NCBI GenBank assembly: GCA_035711365.1
Contig: DASTCF010000106.1
Location: forward strand, 23,011-87,010
Direction of reading: 5' to 3'
Length of the DNA: 64,000 nt
Source: Gemmatimonadales bacterium
Lineage (GTDB): Bacteria; Gemmatimonadota; Gemmatimonadetes; Gemmatimonadales; GWC2-71-9
Part shown: in pieces, positions 1 through 7,485 of the stretch
Layout of the letters: each line of letters opens with the position of its first letter
Numbering within the stretch: position 1 is the stretch's first letter
Program-made: the position numbers and the translations under genes
Notes under the pieces: model-generated
What the model was told of the DNA's origin: nothing
The model's database searches: none
The model's input: only the letters and a program-made list of their open reading frames with translations

Positions 1-1193
1 AAGCAGTCCGACGGCGACGCCGCAGCGATGACCGGCATGGGGGCATCGGCATTTCGCCCGAGCACCGCCTGGAAGAGGTCCGACTGCTCGGTCTTGGTCG
101 GAAGACCGGTGGAGGGCCCGGCGCGCTGGGAATCGATGACGACCAGCGGCAGTTCCGTGGCGATGGCGAGCCCCAGCGCCTCGGTCTTGAGTGCGATGCC
201 CGGACCGGACGACGAGGTCACGCCGAGCGCACCGGCATAGGAAGCGCCGATCGCGGCGCAAATGGCGGCGATTTCATCCTCCGCCTGGAAGGTCACGACT
301 CCGTGCGCCCGAAGACTCGCCAGGAGGTGAAGCACCGGGGAGGCCGGTGTAATCGGATAGGACGCGAACACCATCCGCTCCAGTCCCGCCGCCTTGAGAC
401 CGCCCACCAGTCCCCACGCCACCGCCTCCGCGCCGCTCACCGTCCGATACACCCCAGGTTCGGCCGGGGCGCGTTCGACGCGATAGGCGTGCAGATCGCT
501 CGGCAGCTCGGCGGTCTCGCCGAAGGCGTGGCCGGCATTCAGCACCGCCACGTTGGCCTTCGCGATCTCGGGCTCGTCCGCGAACTTCTTCATGATCCAG
601 TCGATCGTCGCCTGGCGCTCGCGGCCGTACATCCAGAGGACGAGTCCCAGCGCCCACATGTTCCGGGAACGGAAGGCCTCCTTCGACGTGATATCGAAAT
701 CCTTGACCGCTTCCTCGGTGAGCCGGTCGATCTCGAGGGCCAGCAGCTGGTAGTCCGAGAGGCTGCCATCCCCGATCGGGTTGGCGGTGTATCCCGCCTT
801 GATCAGGTTCCGCTCGGTGAAGGCACCCGCGTCAACGATGAGCGTGCCACCCCGCCGGAGATCCTTCAGATTCACGCGAAGCGCTGCCGGATTCATCGCG
901 ACCAGCACGTCGAGATCGTCCCCGGCGGTCTGAATGTCCACGGCGCCGAAATGGATCTGGAACGCCGAAACGCCGAAAGTGGTCCCCGCGGGGGCGCGAA
1001 TCTCGGCCGGATAGTCGGGGAAGGTGGCGAGGTCGTTGCCGGCGAGCGCCGTCTCGAGGGTGAACTGCGATCCGGTGATCTGCATCCCGTCGCCCGAATC
1101 GCCGGCGAATCGGATGACAGCCGACTCGCGCACTTCCCGCGCGGCGGCGGAGCCCGCCCCAGCCGGGGCCGAAGTGTCTGTGGGCATCCGCAT
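1..1193 (-). CDS. korA: 2-oxoacid (2-oxoglutarate):ferredoxin oxidoreductase alpha subunit, KorA-type; C-terminal part lies beyond the window edge
   Basis: Own translation of the minus strand from ATG at 1193-1191: MRMPTDTSAP...VIRFAGDSGDGMQITGSQF...FPDYPAEIRAPAGTTFGVSAFQIHFG...SYPITPASPVLH...QAEDEIAAICAAIGASYAGALGVTSSSGPG. Absent from the ORF track because it runs off the window. GAAGG Shine-Dalgarno 4 nt upstream. Confidence 0.8.
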   Translation of the reverse strand, partial: MRMPTDTSAPAGAGSAAAREVRESAVIRFAGDSGDGMQITGSQFTLETALAGNDLATFPDYPAEIRAPAGTTFGVSAFQIHFGAVDIQTAGDDLDVLVAMNPAALRVNLKDLRRGGTLIVDAGAFTERNLIKAGYTANPIGDGSLSDYQLLALEIDRLTEEAVKDFDITSKEAFRSRNMWALGLVLWMYGRERQATIDWIMKKFADEPEIAKANVAVLNAGHAFGETAELPSDLHAYRVERAPAEPGVYRTVSGAEAVAWGLVGGLKAAGLERMVFASYPITPASPVLHLLASLRAHGVVTFQAEDEIAAICAAIGASYAGALGVTSSSGPGIALKTEALGLAIATELPLVVIDSQRAGPSTGLPTKTEQSDLFQAVLGRNADAPMPVIAAASPSDC

Positions 1194-1264
1194 ATGCCTT
1201 CAGTGAAGGTGGTCCTGCTCTTTTAATTGTACCCGGACGGGGGAGCGCGGCGCCACCCGGGCGC

Positions 1265-1293
1265 TTCCACTCGTGTCCCTCCCAGGCGATAAT
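1265..1293 (+). promoter_or_regulatory. Candidate sigma-70-type promoter for ychF (TTCCAC-17 nt-GATAAT)
   Basis: TTCCAC at 1265-1270, 17-nt spacer, GATAAT at 1288-1293. The -10 ends only 5 nt before the GTG start at 1299, implying a leaderless or near-leaderless mRNA. Confidence 0.3.
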
Positions 1294-1298
1294 ACCGC

Positions 1299-2396
1299 GT
1301 GCTCAGACTCGGCATCGTCGGCCTGCCCAACGTCGGCAAGTCCACTCTCTTCAACGCCCTTACCTCGGCAGGCGCCCTGGTGGCGAACTATCCATTCGCC
1401 ACCATCGAGCCGAATACCGGGGTGGTGCAGGTTCCCGATCCCCGGCTCGAGGCCATCGCCCGGTTGGTGAAGCCTGCGCGCATCGTCCCGGCGACCGTGG
1501 AATTCCTGGACATCGCCGGCCTGGTAAAGGGAGCGAGCCAGGGCGAAGGCCTCGGAAACCAGTTCCTGGCCAACATCCGAGAGGTGGACGCGATCGTGCA
1601 CGTCGTCCGCTGTTTCGAGGACGACGACATCCAGCACGTGACCGGATCGGTGGACCCGGTCCGCGACCGGGAGATCATCAGTATCGAGCTCGGACTCGCG
1701 GACCTGGCGACGGTTGAAAAACGGCTCGACAAGGCCTCACGTGCTGCGAAATCTGGTGACCCCCAGGCCCGGCTCGAGAGCAGGCTCCTGGAACAGCTCA
1801 AAGCCGCGCTCTCCGCAGGGAGGCCCGCCCGGAGCGTGGTCCCTTCGGCCGAGGATGCACCGACATTCAGGAGCTTCAATCTCCTTTCGGCGAAGCCCGT
1901 GCTCTACGCCGCCAACGTACCGGAGCAGGAGATCATTTCCGGCAACCAGCACGTGGAGGCGCTCCGGGCAGCGCTCCAGCGGGATGGCGAGATAGCGGAA
2001 CTGGTCGCGTTCTCCGCCAAGGTGGAGGCGGAACTGGCGGAGCTGCCCCCCGGCGATCGTGCAGAATTCCTGGAGTCTCTCGGGCTCACGGAGTCGGGAC
2101 TCGATCGCCTCGCCCATGCCGCCTACCACCTCCTCGGCCTTCGCAGCTACTTCACCGCCGGCGAGAAGGAAGTTCGGGCCTGGACGATTCACGCCGGCGA
2201 GAAGGCTCCGGCGGCTGCGGGTGTCATCCATTCGGATTTCGAGCGCGGATTCATCAGGGCCGAGACGGCCGCCTTCGGCGAGTTCGTGCGGGCAGGTGGC
2301 TGGAAGAACGCGCGTGAACAGGGACTGGTTCGGTCGGAGGGCAAGGAGTACGTGGTGCAGGACGGTGACGTGATGCTCTTCCGGTTCAATGTGTAG
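1299..2396 (+). CDS. ychF: Redox-regulated ribosome-binding ATPase YchF
   Basis: 365 aa. N-terminal P-loop MLRLGIVGLPNVGKSTLFNALT, and a C-terminal TGS-like end (KEYVVQDGDVMLFRFNV) typical of YchF/OLA1. Confidence 0.92.
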   Translation: MLRLGIVGLPNVGKSTLFNALTSAGALVANYPFATIEPNTGVVQVPDPRLEAIARLVKPARIVPATVEFLDIAGLVKGASQGEGLGNQFLANIREVDAIVHVVRCFEDDDIQHVTGSVDPVRDREIISIELGLADLATVEKRLDKASRAAKSGDPQARLESRLLEQLKAALSAGRPARSVVPSAEDAPTFRSFNLLSAKPVLYAANVPEQEIISGNQHVEALRAALQRDGEIAELVAFSAKVEAELAELPPGDRAEFLESLGLTESGLDRLAHAAYHLLGLRSYFTAGEKEVRAWTIHAGEKAPAAAGVIHSDFERGFIRAETAAFGEFVRAGGWKNAREQGLVRSEGKEYVVQDGDVMLFRFNV

Positions 2397-2410
2397 GTGC
2401 CTGGCCTCCC

Positions 2411-3058
2411 CTAGGCGGCACCGAGCGTATTCCGCCATTTCGTACTGAGCGCCGGGCAGGCGGCGAGCCGGAGGGCCTCCTCCCGCCTCGCAGAACGGTG
2501 CTCGAGGACCTCCGTCGCCAGCCAGACCGGCCACTGCGGGTACGGCCGGTCCTCCAGCGTCACCTCCATCCCGGCTTCCACCCAGCCCTCCCTCAGCACC
2601 CGCAAGTACCAGCCGTACCGCTGGGCGGCATGCACGAGTTTCACCATGTCCCGCCGGTGGAATCGCCGGCTCAAAGTACCGCAGGGCTGCCTCGGCTGGG
2701 TGACCTCGAGCCGCGCAGCCCCAACGGCGACGATGTCGCCGATGCACGCGGAACGCTCCGTGACCCCACTCAGGGTCAAATTCTCCCCAAACCATCCCGG
2801 TCCGACCTCCAGCTTCGCCAGCTCCTCCCGCCACCTCGGATAATGATCGGCGGAATATCCGAGGACGGCCTGATCTGGCCCGCCGTGGTGTTTCCGGTCG
2901 GCCTGGACGTCCCCAGCCATCCCCATTCGGCCGGCCCAGACGGGGCCGGCAATGGGTTGCTTGGCGATCGCGCTGGTCCATGGACGCTCCAGCGGATCGT
3001 CAGATCCTTCGGTCCCGTAGGTTCGGGGGGTGCCGGTTTGCACGGAGATGATAAGCAT
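2411..3058 (-). CDS. MOSC domain-containing protein (YiiM-like)
   Basis: ORF 2411..3184; I prefer the internal ATG at 3058 (MLIISVQTGTPRTYG...). Contains DRKHHGGPDQAVL and LEVTQPRQPCGTL, typical of MOSC domains. The upstream extension runs through the repeat array and looks non-coding. Confidence 0.75.
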   Translation of the reverse strand: MLIISVQTGTPRTYGTEGSDDPLERPWTSAIAKQPIAGPVWAGRMGMAGDVQADRKHHGGPDQAVLGYSADHYPRWREELAKLEVGPGWFGENLTLSGVTERSACIGDIVAVGAARLEVTQPRQPCGTLSRRFHRRDMVKLVHAAQRYGWYLRVLREGWVEAGMEVTLEDRPYPQWPVWLATEVLEHRSARREEALRLAACPALSTKWRNTLGAA

Positions 3059-3075
3059 CGGGGAGAATATGGTCG

Positions 3076-3111
3076 GCAGATGGGCAGATGGGCAGATGGG
3101 CAGATGGGCAG
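3076..3111. repeat. Tandem octamer array (GCAGATGG) x4 plus a partial fifth unit
   Basis: Read directly: gcagatgg at 3076-3083, 3084-3091, 3092-3099 and 3100-3107, then gcag. On the MOSC sense strand this is (CCATCTGC)x4, ending 4 nt before a CATATT -10-like hexamer. Confidence 0.9.
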
Positions 3112-3172
3112 CAGGCCGGATCGAATCGCGGCTCATTGGATCGACGAAGCTCGAATCGGCGGCAGTTACCGG

Positions 3173-3194
3173 CCATCCGCCCATCTGCCCATCC
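3173..3194. repeat. Inverted partner of the octamer array (CCATCCGC CCATCTGC CCATCC)
   Basis: Reverse complement of the 3076-3111 unit, about 2.75 copies, separated from it by a 61-bp spacer. Ends 9 nt upstream of the rpsF -35 box. Confidence 0.85.
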
Positions 3195-3203
3195 TCGTCA
3201 CTT

Positions 3204-3232
3204 TTGACTTAACCTCCCGCCCGGACTACACT
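3204..3232 (+). promoter_or_regulatory. Candidate sigma-70-type promoter of the rpsF-rpsR-DUF2232-rplI operon (TTGACT-17 nt-TACACT)
   Basis: TTGACT at 3204-3209, exact 17-nt spacer, TACACT at 3227-3232. Leaves a roughly 60-nt leader that ends in an AAGGAAGG Shine-Dalgarno before ATG 3301. Confidence 0.5.
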
Positions 3233-3300
3233 TCCCCGCTCACAATTCATCCTCCTCGGTTCCGCACCAGGGCCGGGGCAACAGTCCAAAGGAAGGTGTC

Positions 3301-3642
3301 ATGACCCGTCAGTACGAGGCGGTCTATATCTTCGATTCTGCCCTCGAAGAAGCCGCCATCAACGAGCGCCTCGCGCGCTTCCACGCACTGCTGCAACCGC
3401 CCGGGGCCGAAGCGCCTCAATTGTCCCATTGGGGCAAGCGGACCCTCGCCTATCCCGTCAAGAAGCACGACACCGGTTACTACGTCATCGCGAAGCTCGA
3501 GACGACCGCCGAGGCGCTCCCGGAGTACGAGCGCGCGGTCAAACTCGATGAGGGCGTACTCCGCTTTCTCATCGTGGTGAGCGAAGGCGCTCAGCCCGTG
3601 CCGGTCACCGCGGCCAAGGGCGATGAGGAGGACGACGAATGA
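3301..3642 (+). CDS. rpsF: 30S ribosomal protein S6
   Basis: 113 aa. [17 protein letters not shown]... with an acidic C-terminal tail (GDEEDDE). Directly followed by rpsR. Confidence 0.93.
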   Translation: MTRQYEAVYIFDSALEEAAINERLARFHALLQPPGAEAPQLSHWGKRTLAYPVKKHDTGYYVIAKLETTAEALPEYERAVKLDEGVLRFLIVVSEGAQPVPVTAAKGDEEDDE

Positions 3643-3860
3643 GGCGCCCAGCCAAGACCTGCGCGATCTGCGAGTCCGGCGTGCGGGTAGTGGATTTCAA
3701 GGACGAGCGCACTCTCTCGCGGTTCCTCTCCGAACGGGGCAAGATCCTCCCGAGCCGGTTGTCGGGAACCTGCGCCCGGCACCAGCGCCAGCTCAGCACC
3801 GCGATCAAGCGTGCGCGCCAGCTGGCACTTCTGCCGTACATCAAGGGCCACTCCGGCTGA
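3639..3860 (+). CDS. rpsR: 30S ribosomal protein S18
   Basis: 73 aa. ...[52 protein letters not shown] overlap with the rpsF stop. Confidence 0.93.
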   Translation: MRRPAKTCAICESGVRVVDFKDERTLSRFLSERGKILPSRLSGTCARHQRQLSTAIKRARQLALLPYIKGHSG

Positions 3861-3919
3861 GCGTCGATGGCCTGCGGGACCCCGGGGAGCGGCGTGTCTC
3901 TCCGGGGTCCCTTGCCGTC

Positions 3920-4822
3920 ATGGCGGGCTACGTGCTGCTCACGTGGCCCGTGATGGTGGTCTTTTTCCTGGGGCCACTCGCGGTGCTGCTGCTGGCCAGC
4001 CGCCCGCTCTCGCGCCGGGAATGGCTGTGGTTCGCGGCGCTCGTGGTGTGGTTGGGACTCTGGAGCACTTCGACCGGCGGCCTGCTCGACCAGGTCATTC
4101 GGGCCGCGGGCATTTTGGCCATCGGGATCGGCGCCCCGTTGCTCCTGGTCGGAACCGGCACGATGATCAGTCGGGCACTCCAGGCGGTCGGTGTGATGAC
4201 GGCCGGCACGTCCGCCCTGTGTGCGTTTCTTGACATCCGGTGGCGCGACGTTGAGCTGGCGGCCCTCCGGCAGGGTTGGGCGGCCTACAACGGGCTGATC
4301 CAGCAGGCCGGGAACCAAGGTGCGGCGGTGGATCCCGTCCGGGCGCAGGGGCTTGAGGCCATCGCCGATGCGCTGCGCCCGATGGCGTCGATCTTTCCGG
4401 GACTCATGGCGCTGTTCGCCTTCGCGGGCCTGCTGCTCGCGGCCCGCTGGGCGCGCCGGATCGCGCCGCAACCGGCGATCCCGCCCCTGGCGCCGTTCCG
4501 CGACTTTCGCTTCACCGATCAACTCGTCTGGCTCGTCGTGGCAGGGTTGGCAGGCGTGCTCTTTCCGGTGCCGCCGGAGGTTCACGATCCGGCCGCCAGC
4601 ATGTTGTTCTTTGGGAGCGGGCTCTACGCGCTCAGAGGCGCCGCCGTCCTGTGGACCGCCGTTGCACGCGCCCCCCGGGTCGTCGTGGCGGCGCTCGTGC
4701 TGGGCGCACTCTTCCTCTTGCCGTTTGTGCTGGGCGGGTGTGTCCTGCTTGGCCTCGCGGATACATGGCTAGATTTCCGGCGGCGCATGAAACCGCCGCA
4801 ACCTGGAGGGTTGGACCAATGA
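3920..4822 (+). CDS. Polytopic membrane protein, probably DUF2232/YybS-like (assigned by synteny)
   Basis: ORF 3623..4822; start moved to ATG 3920 (MAGYVLLTWPVMVVFFLGPLAV...). Several hydrophobic segments. Sits between rpsR and rplI, as yybS does in Firmicutes. The family call rests on position, not on recognised motifs. Confidence 0.6.
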   Translation: MAGYVLLTWPVMVVFFLGPLAVLLLASRPLSRREWLWFAALVVWLGLWSTSTGGLLDQVIRAAGILAIGIGAPLLLVGTGTMISRALQAVGVMTAGTSALCAFLDIRWRDVELAALRQGWAAYNGLIQQAGNQGAAVDPVRAQGLEAIADALRPMASIFPGLMALFAFAGLLLAARWARRIAPQPAIPPLAPFRDFRFTDQLVWLVVAGLAGVLFPVPPEVHDPAASMLFFGSGLYALRGAAVLWTAVARAPRVVVAALVLGALFLLPFVLGGCVLLGLADTWLDFRRRMKPPQPGGLDQ

Positions 4823-5265
4823 TGGAAGTGATTCTCCGCGAAGATGTTCGGGCGCTCGGAAAGGCCGGGCAGATGGTCCGGGTGAAGCCCGGATACGCCC
4901 GGAACTTCCTCCTGCCCCAGGGGTTGGCCTACGAGGCCACTCCCGGCAACAAGAAGCGGATCGAGGCAGAATCTCGCGCGCGCGCCGTTCGCCTGGCAGC
5001 TGAGAAGGGCGATGCAGAAGCTGCGCAGTCCAGGCTGGCGTCCGCCGTCGTCAGTTTCACCCGGAAGGCCGGCGAGGAAGGCAAATTGTTCGGCTCGATC
5101 ACGGGCCAGGACGTGGCGGACGCGCTGACCACCCAGGGCCATCCCGTGGACAAGCGAAAGATCGAGCTCGACCACCCCATCAAGACCGTCGGTGAGCACA
5201 CCGTCCGCATCCGCCTCCATCCCGAGGTCCACGCCGACGTCCGCGTCACGGTCGTCGCCGAGTAA
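4819..5265 (+). CDS. rplI: 50S ribosomal protein L9
   Basis: Start at ATG 4819, overlapping the preceding stop (ATGA). MMEVILREDVRALGKAGQMVRVKPGYARNFLLPQGLA is the canonical L9 N-terminus. Confidence 0.92.
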   Translation: MMEVILREDVRALGKAGQMVRVKPGYARNFLLPQGLAYEATPGNKKRIEAESRARAVRLAAEKGDAEAAQSRLASAVVSFTRKAGEEGKLFGSITGQDVADALTTQGHPVDKRKIELDHPIKTVGEHTVRIRLHPEVHADVRVTVVAE

Positions 5266-5278
5266 AGGGGAGTCGCCC

Positions 5279-7120
5279 ATGGGCGTGGGCATCGCCTACG
5301 TGGACGGGCCCCGGCTCGCCCGGTCCATTCATGCGGCCTCGGACTGGGTGGCGGCCGGGCGGGATGAAATCAATCGGATCAATGTCTTTCCGGTGCCCGA
5401 CGGGGATACCGGCACCAATTTCAGCCTGACCCTCCGTGCCGTCGCCGACGCCCTCCGGGCGCTTGGCGACGCACCGCTTGGGGCCACCGCACAGGCGATG
5501 GCGCGGGCCGCGGTCATGGGGGCGCGGGGAAACTCAGGCATGATGCTCGCCCATTTCCTGCTCGGCTTCTCGGAAGGGATCGGGACCCGCGAGACGGCGA
5601 CGGCCGTCGAGGTGGCGGGCGCGATTCGAATCGGGGTCACGCGGCTCTATGCCGCGCTCGACGATCCGCGCGAGGGTACGATCCTCACCGTCGCGCGCGA
5701 GGCCGCGGCGGCGGCGGAGCGGGCGGCCGCCGATTCGCCGGACATCGGCGAGTTCATGCGCCGGATGCACGCCGAGGGCGAGTTGGCGCTCGCCCGGACC
5801 CCGGAGCTCCTGGCGGTGCTCAAGGAGGCCGGTGTCGTGGACGCAGGCGGCAAGGGCTTCATCCGGATGATCGAGGGTGTCGTGCGCTTCATCGACGGCG
5901 ACCCGATCCTGCCGGTGGATCCGGGATTCACCGGGGAATTCGCCATTCCGGCCGCCGAAGCCGAGGTCGCCGCCGAGCGGGACTTCCAGTATTGCACCGA
6001 GGTCCTTGTGAAAGGCGAGCAGTTGCCCAGCGCGAACGAAGCGCGCACCGCCCTCCGGGTATTCGGGGGATCCGTGGTGGTGGCCGTCGCGGGAGACATG
6101 TTGAAGGCACATGTGCACACGGACACCCCGGATGCCGTCTTTACTTTTGTCTCCGGTTGGGGCGCCCTCGAGAAGACGAAGGCTGAGGACATGCGGGCCC
6201 AGCACCGGGGACTGAAACACGGCGTGCAGAAGGGGGTGGCGATCGTCGCCGACAGCTCGGCCGACCTGCCCGATGCAGTGCTCGACCGGCACGGAATCCA
6301 TCTGGTCCCGCTCCAGATCATCATCGGCGGCGAGATCTTCCAGGACCGGCTCCAGCTCCATCCGGAGGAGTTTTATCGCCGGATGCGGACCTCGGCGGAG
6401 CTTCCGACGACTTCCCAGCCGACAGTCGGGGATTTCGTCCGGGTCTACCGCGAGGCCCGGCACGAGGCGGATGAGGTCGTGGCGGTGCTGCTGTCTTCCG
6501 CGCTGTCGGGGACATTCCAGTCGGGTGCGGCCGCGATCCGGGCCGGGGGCCTCACCAACATCCGCCTCTTCGACAGCCGCTCGGCGTCGCTTGGGCTGGG
6601 GCTCCTGGCCCTCCGCGCCGCGGAGCTGGCCGGGCAGGACTGGCCCGGGGAGGCGATCGTCGAGGAACTGCGGCGGGTCCGGAATCAGTCAGGCGTCCTC
6701 TTGACCGTCGATCGGTTCGACAACCTGCTCCGGAGCGGGCGCGTCACGAAGGGAAAGGCCTGGCTCGGCGGACTCCTCGACGTCAAACCGATCCTCACGC
6801 TCGACGATCAGGGCCGGGTGGTGCCGGTGGATCGGGTGCGGGGCCGGGAAAATGTGGTGCCGAGAGTGCTCTCGCTCCTCGAGCGGCGGCTGACGCCTCG
6901 GCCACAGAGTGTCCGGTTCGGAGTCGTCCACGCCGAGGCTCCGGAAGTGGCGGAACGGGTGCGGGCGGCCCTGGTGGCGGCCTATCGGCCCCGCGATTGT
7001 TTCGTCTCGCTGGCCACCGGCGTCCTCGGGACGCACGTGGGCGAGGGTGCGTGGGCGGTCTTCTATCAGGTCGAGGATGGAACACCTCCCGCACCGCCCA
7101 ATCCCCGGAGGCCGGCGTGA
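5279..7120 (+). CDS. DhaL/DAK2 (FakA-like N-terminal and middle domains) fused to a DegV (FakB-like) fatty-acid-binding domain
   Basis: Start at ATG 5279 (MGVGIAYVDG...). DAK2 signature PDGDTGTNF. FakA-like middle region (FQYCTEVLV..., KAHVHTDTP). From about nt 6234, a typical DegV N-terminus: VAIVADSSADLP...LVPLQIIIGGEIFQD...ELPTTSQPTVGDF. Confidence 0.8.
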   Translation: MGVGIAYVDGPRLARSIHAASDWVAAGRDEINRINVFPVPDGDTGTNFSLTLRAVADALRALGDAPLGATAQAMARAAVMGARGNSGMMLAHFLLGFSEGIGTRETATAVEVAGAIRIGVTRLYAALDDPREGTILTVAREAAAAAERAAADSPDIGEFMRRMHAEGELALARTPELLAVLKEAGVVDAGGKGFIRMIEGVVRFIDGDPILPVDPGFTGEFAIPAAEAEVAAERDFQYCTEVLVKGEQLPSANEARTALRVFGGSVVVAVAGDMLKAHVHTDTPDAVFTFVSGWGALEKTKAEDMRAQHRGLKHGVQKGVAIVADSSADLPDAVLDRHGIHLVPLQIIIGGEIFQDRLQLHPEEFYRRMRTSAELPTTSQPTVGDFVRVYREARHEADEVVAVLLSSALSGTFQSGAAAIRAGGLTNIRLFDSRSASLGLGLLALRAAELAGQDWPGEAIVEELRRVRNQSGVLLTVDRFDNLLRSGRVTKGKAWLGGLLDVKPILTLDDQGRVVPVDRVRGRENVVPRVLSLLERRLTPRPQSVRFGVVHAEAPEVAERVRAALVAAYRPRDCFVSLATGVLGTHVGEGAWAVFYQVEDGTPPAPPNPRRPA

Positions 7121-7485
7121 CCCGCGCCGCCGCGAAGCCCCGGCAGGTGCCGGCGGTGGTGGAGCGGGCGGTCCGGGCCGCCGATGCGCTGAAGGCACGG
7201 GAGATGACGGTCCTCGACCTGCGGGGGATCAACGACGCAACCGATTTCTTCATCATTGCTTCCGGCACCTCCGATGCCCATGTGCGCGGCATCGCCGATT
7301 CGGTGGTGGAGGCCATGCGGCAGGCGGGGCACCGACCGCATCACGTCGAAGGCCTGACGACCGGCCGGTGGGTGCTGCTTGATTTCGTGGACTTCGTGGT
7401 CCACCTGTTTCACCCGGAGGCGCGGGCTTTCTACCAGCTCGAGCGCCTCTGGAGCGACGCCCCGGTGGTGACACCGCGGGTGTGA
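7117..7485 (+). CDS. rsfS: Ribosome silencing factor RsfS (iojap family)
   Basis: GTG 7117 overlaps the upstream stop (GTGA). ...VLDLRGINDATDFFIIASGTSDAHVRGIADSV...WVLLDFVDFVVHLFHPEARAFYQLERLW. Confidence 0.88.
   Translation: MTRAAAKPRQVPAVVERAVRAADALKAREMTVLDLRGINDATDFFIIASGTSDAHVRGIADSVVEAMRQAGHRPHHVEGLTTGRWVLLDFVDFVVHLFHPEARAFYQLERLWSDAPVVTPRV

Noticed and set aside
3076-3194. Possible CRISPR array or small coding repeat (ORF 3030..3212, containing GRWADGQMGRWA).
   Set aside because: The repeat period is 8 bp with no spacers, far too short for CRISPR. The 60-aa ORF has no start context and simply translates the repeat. It is treated as a non-coding repeat.
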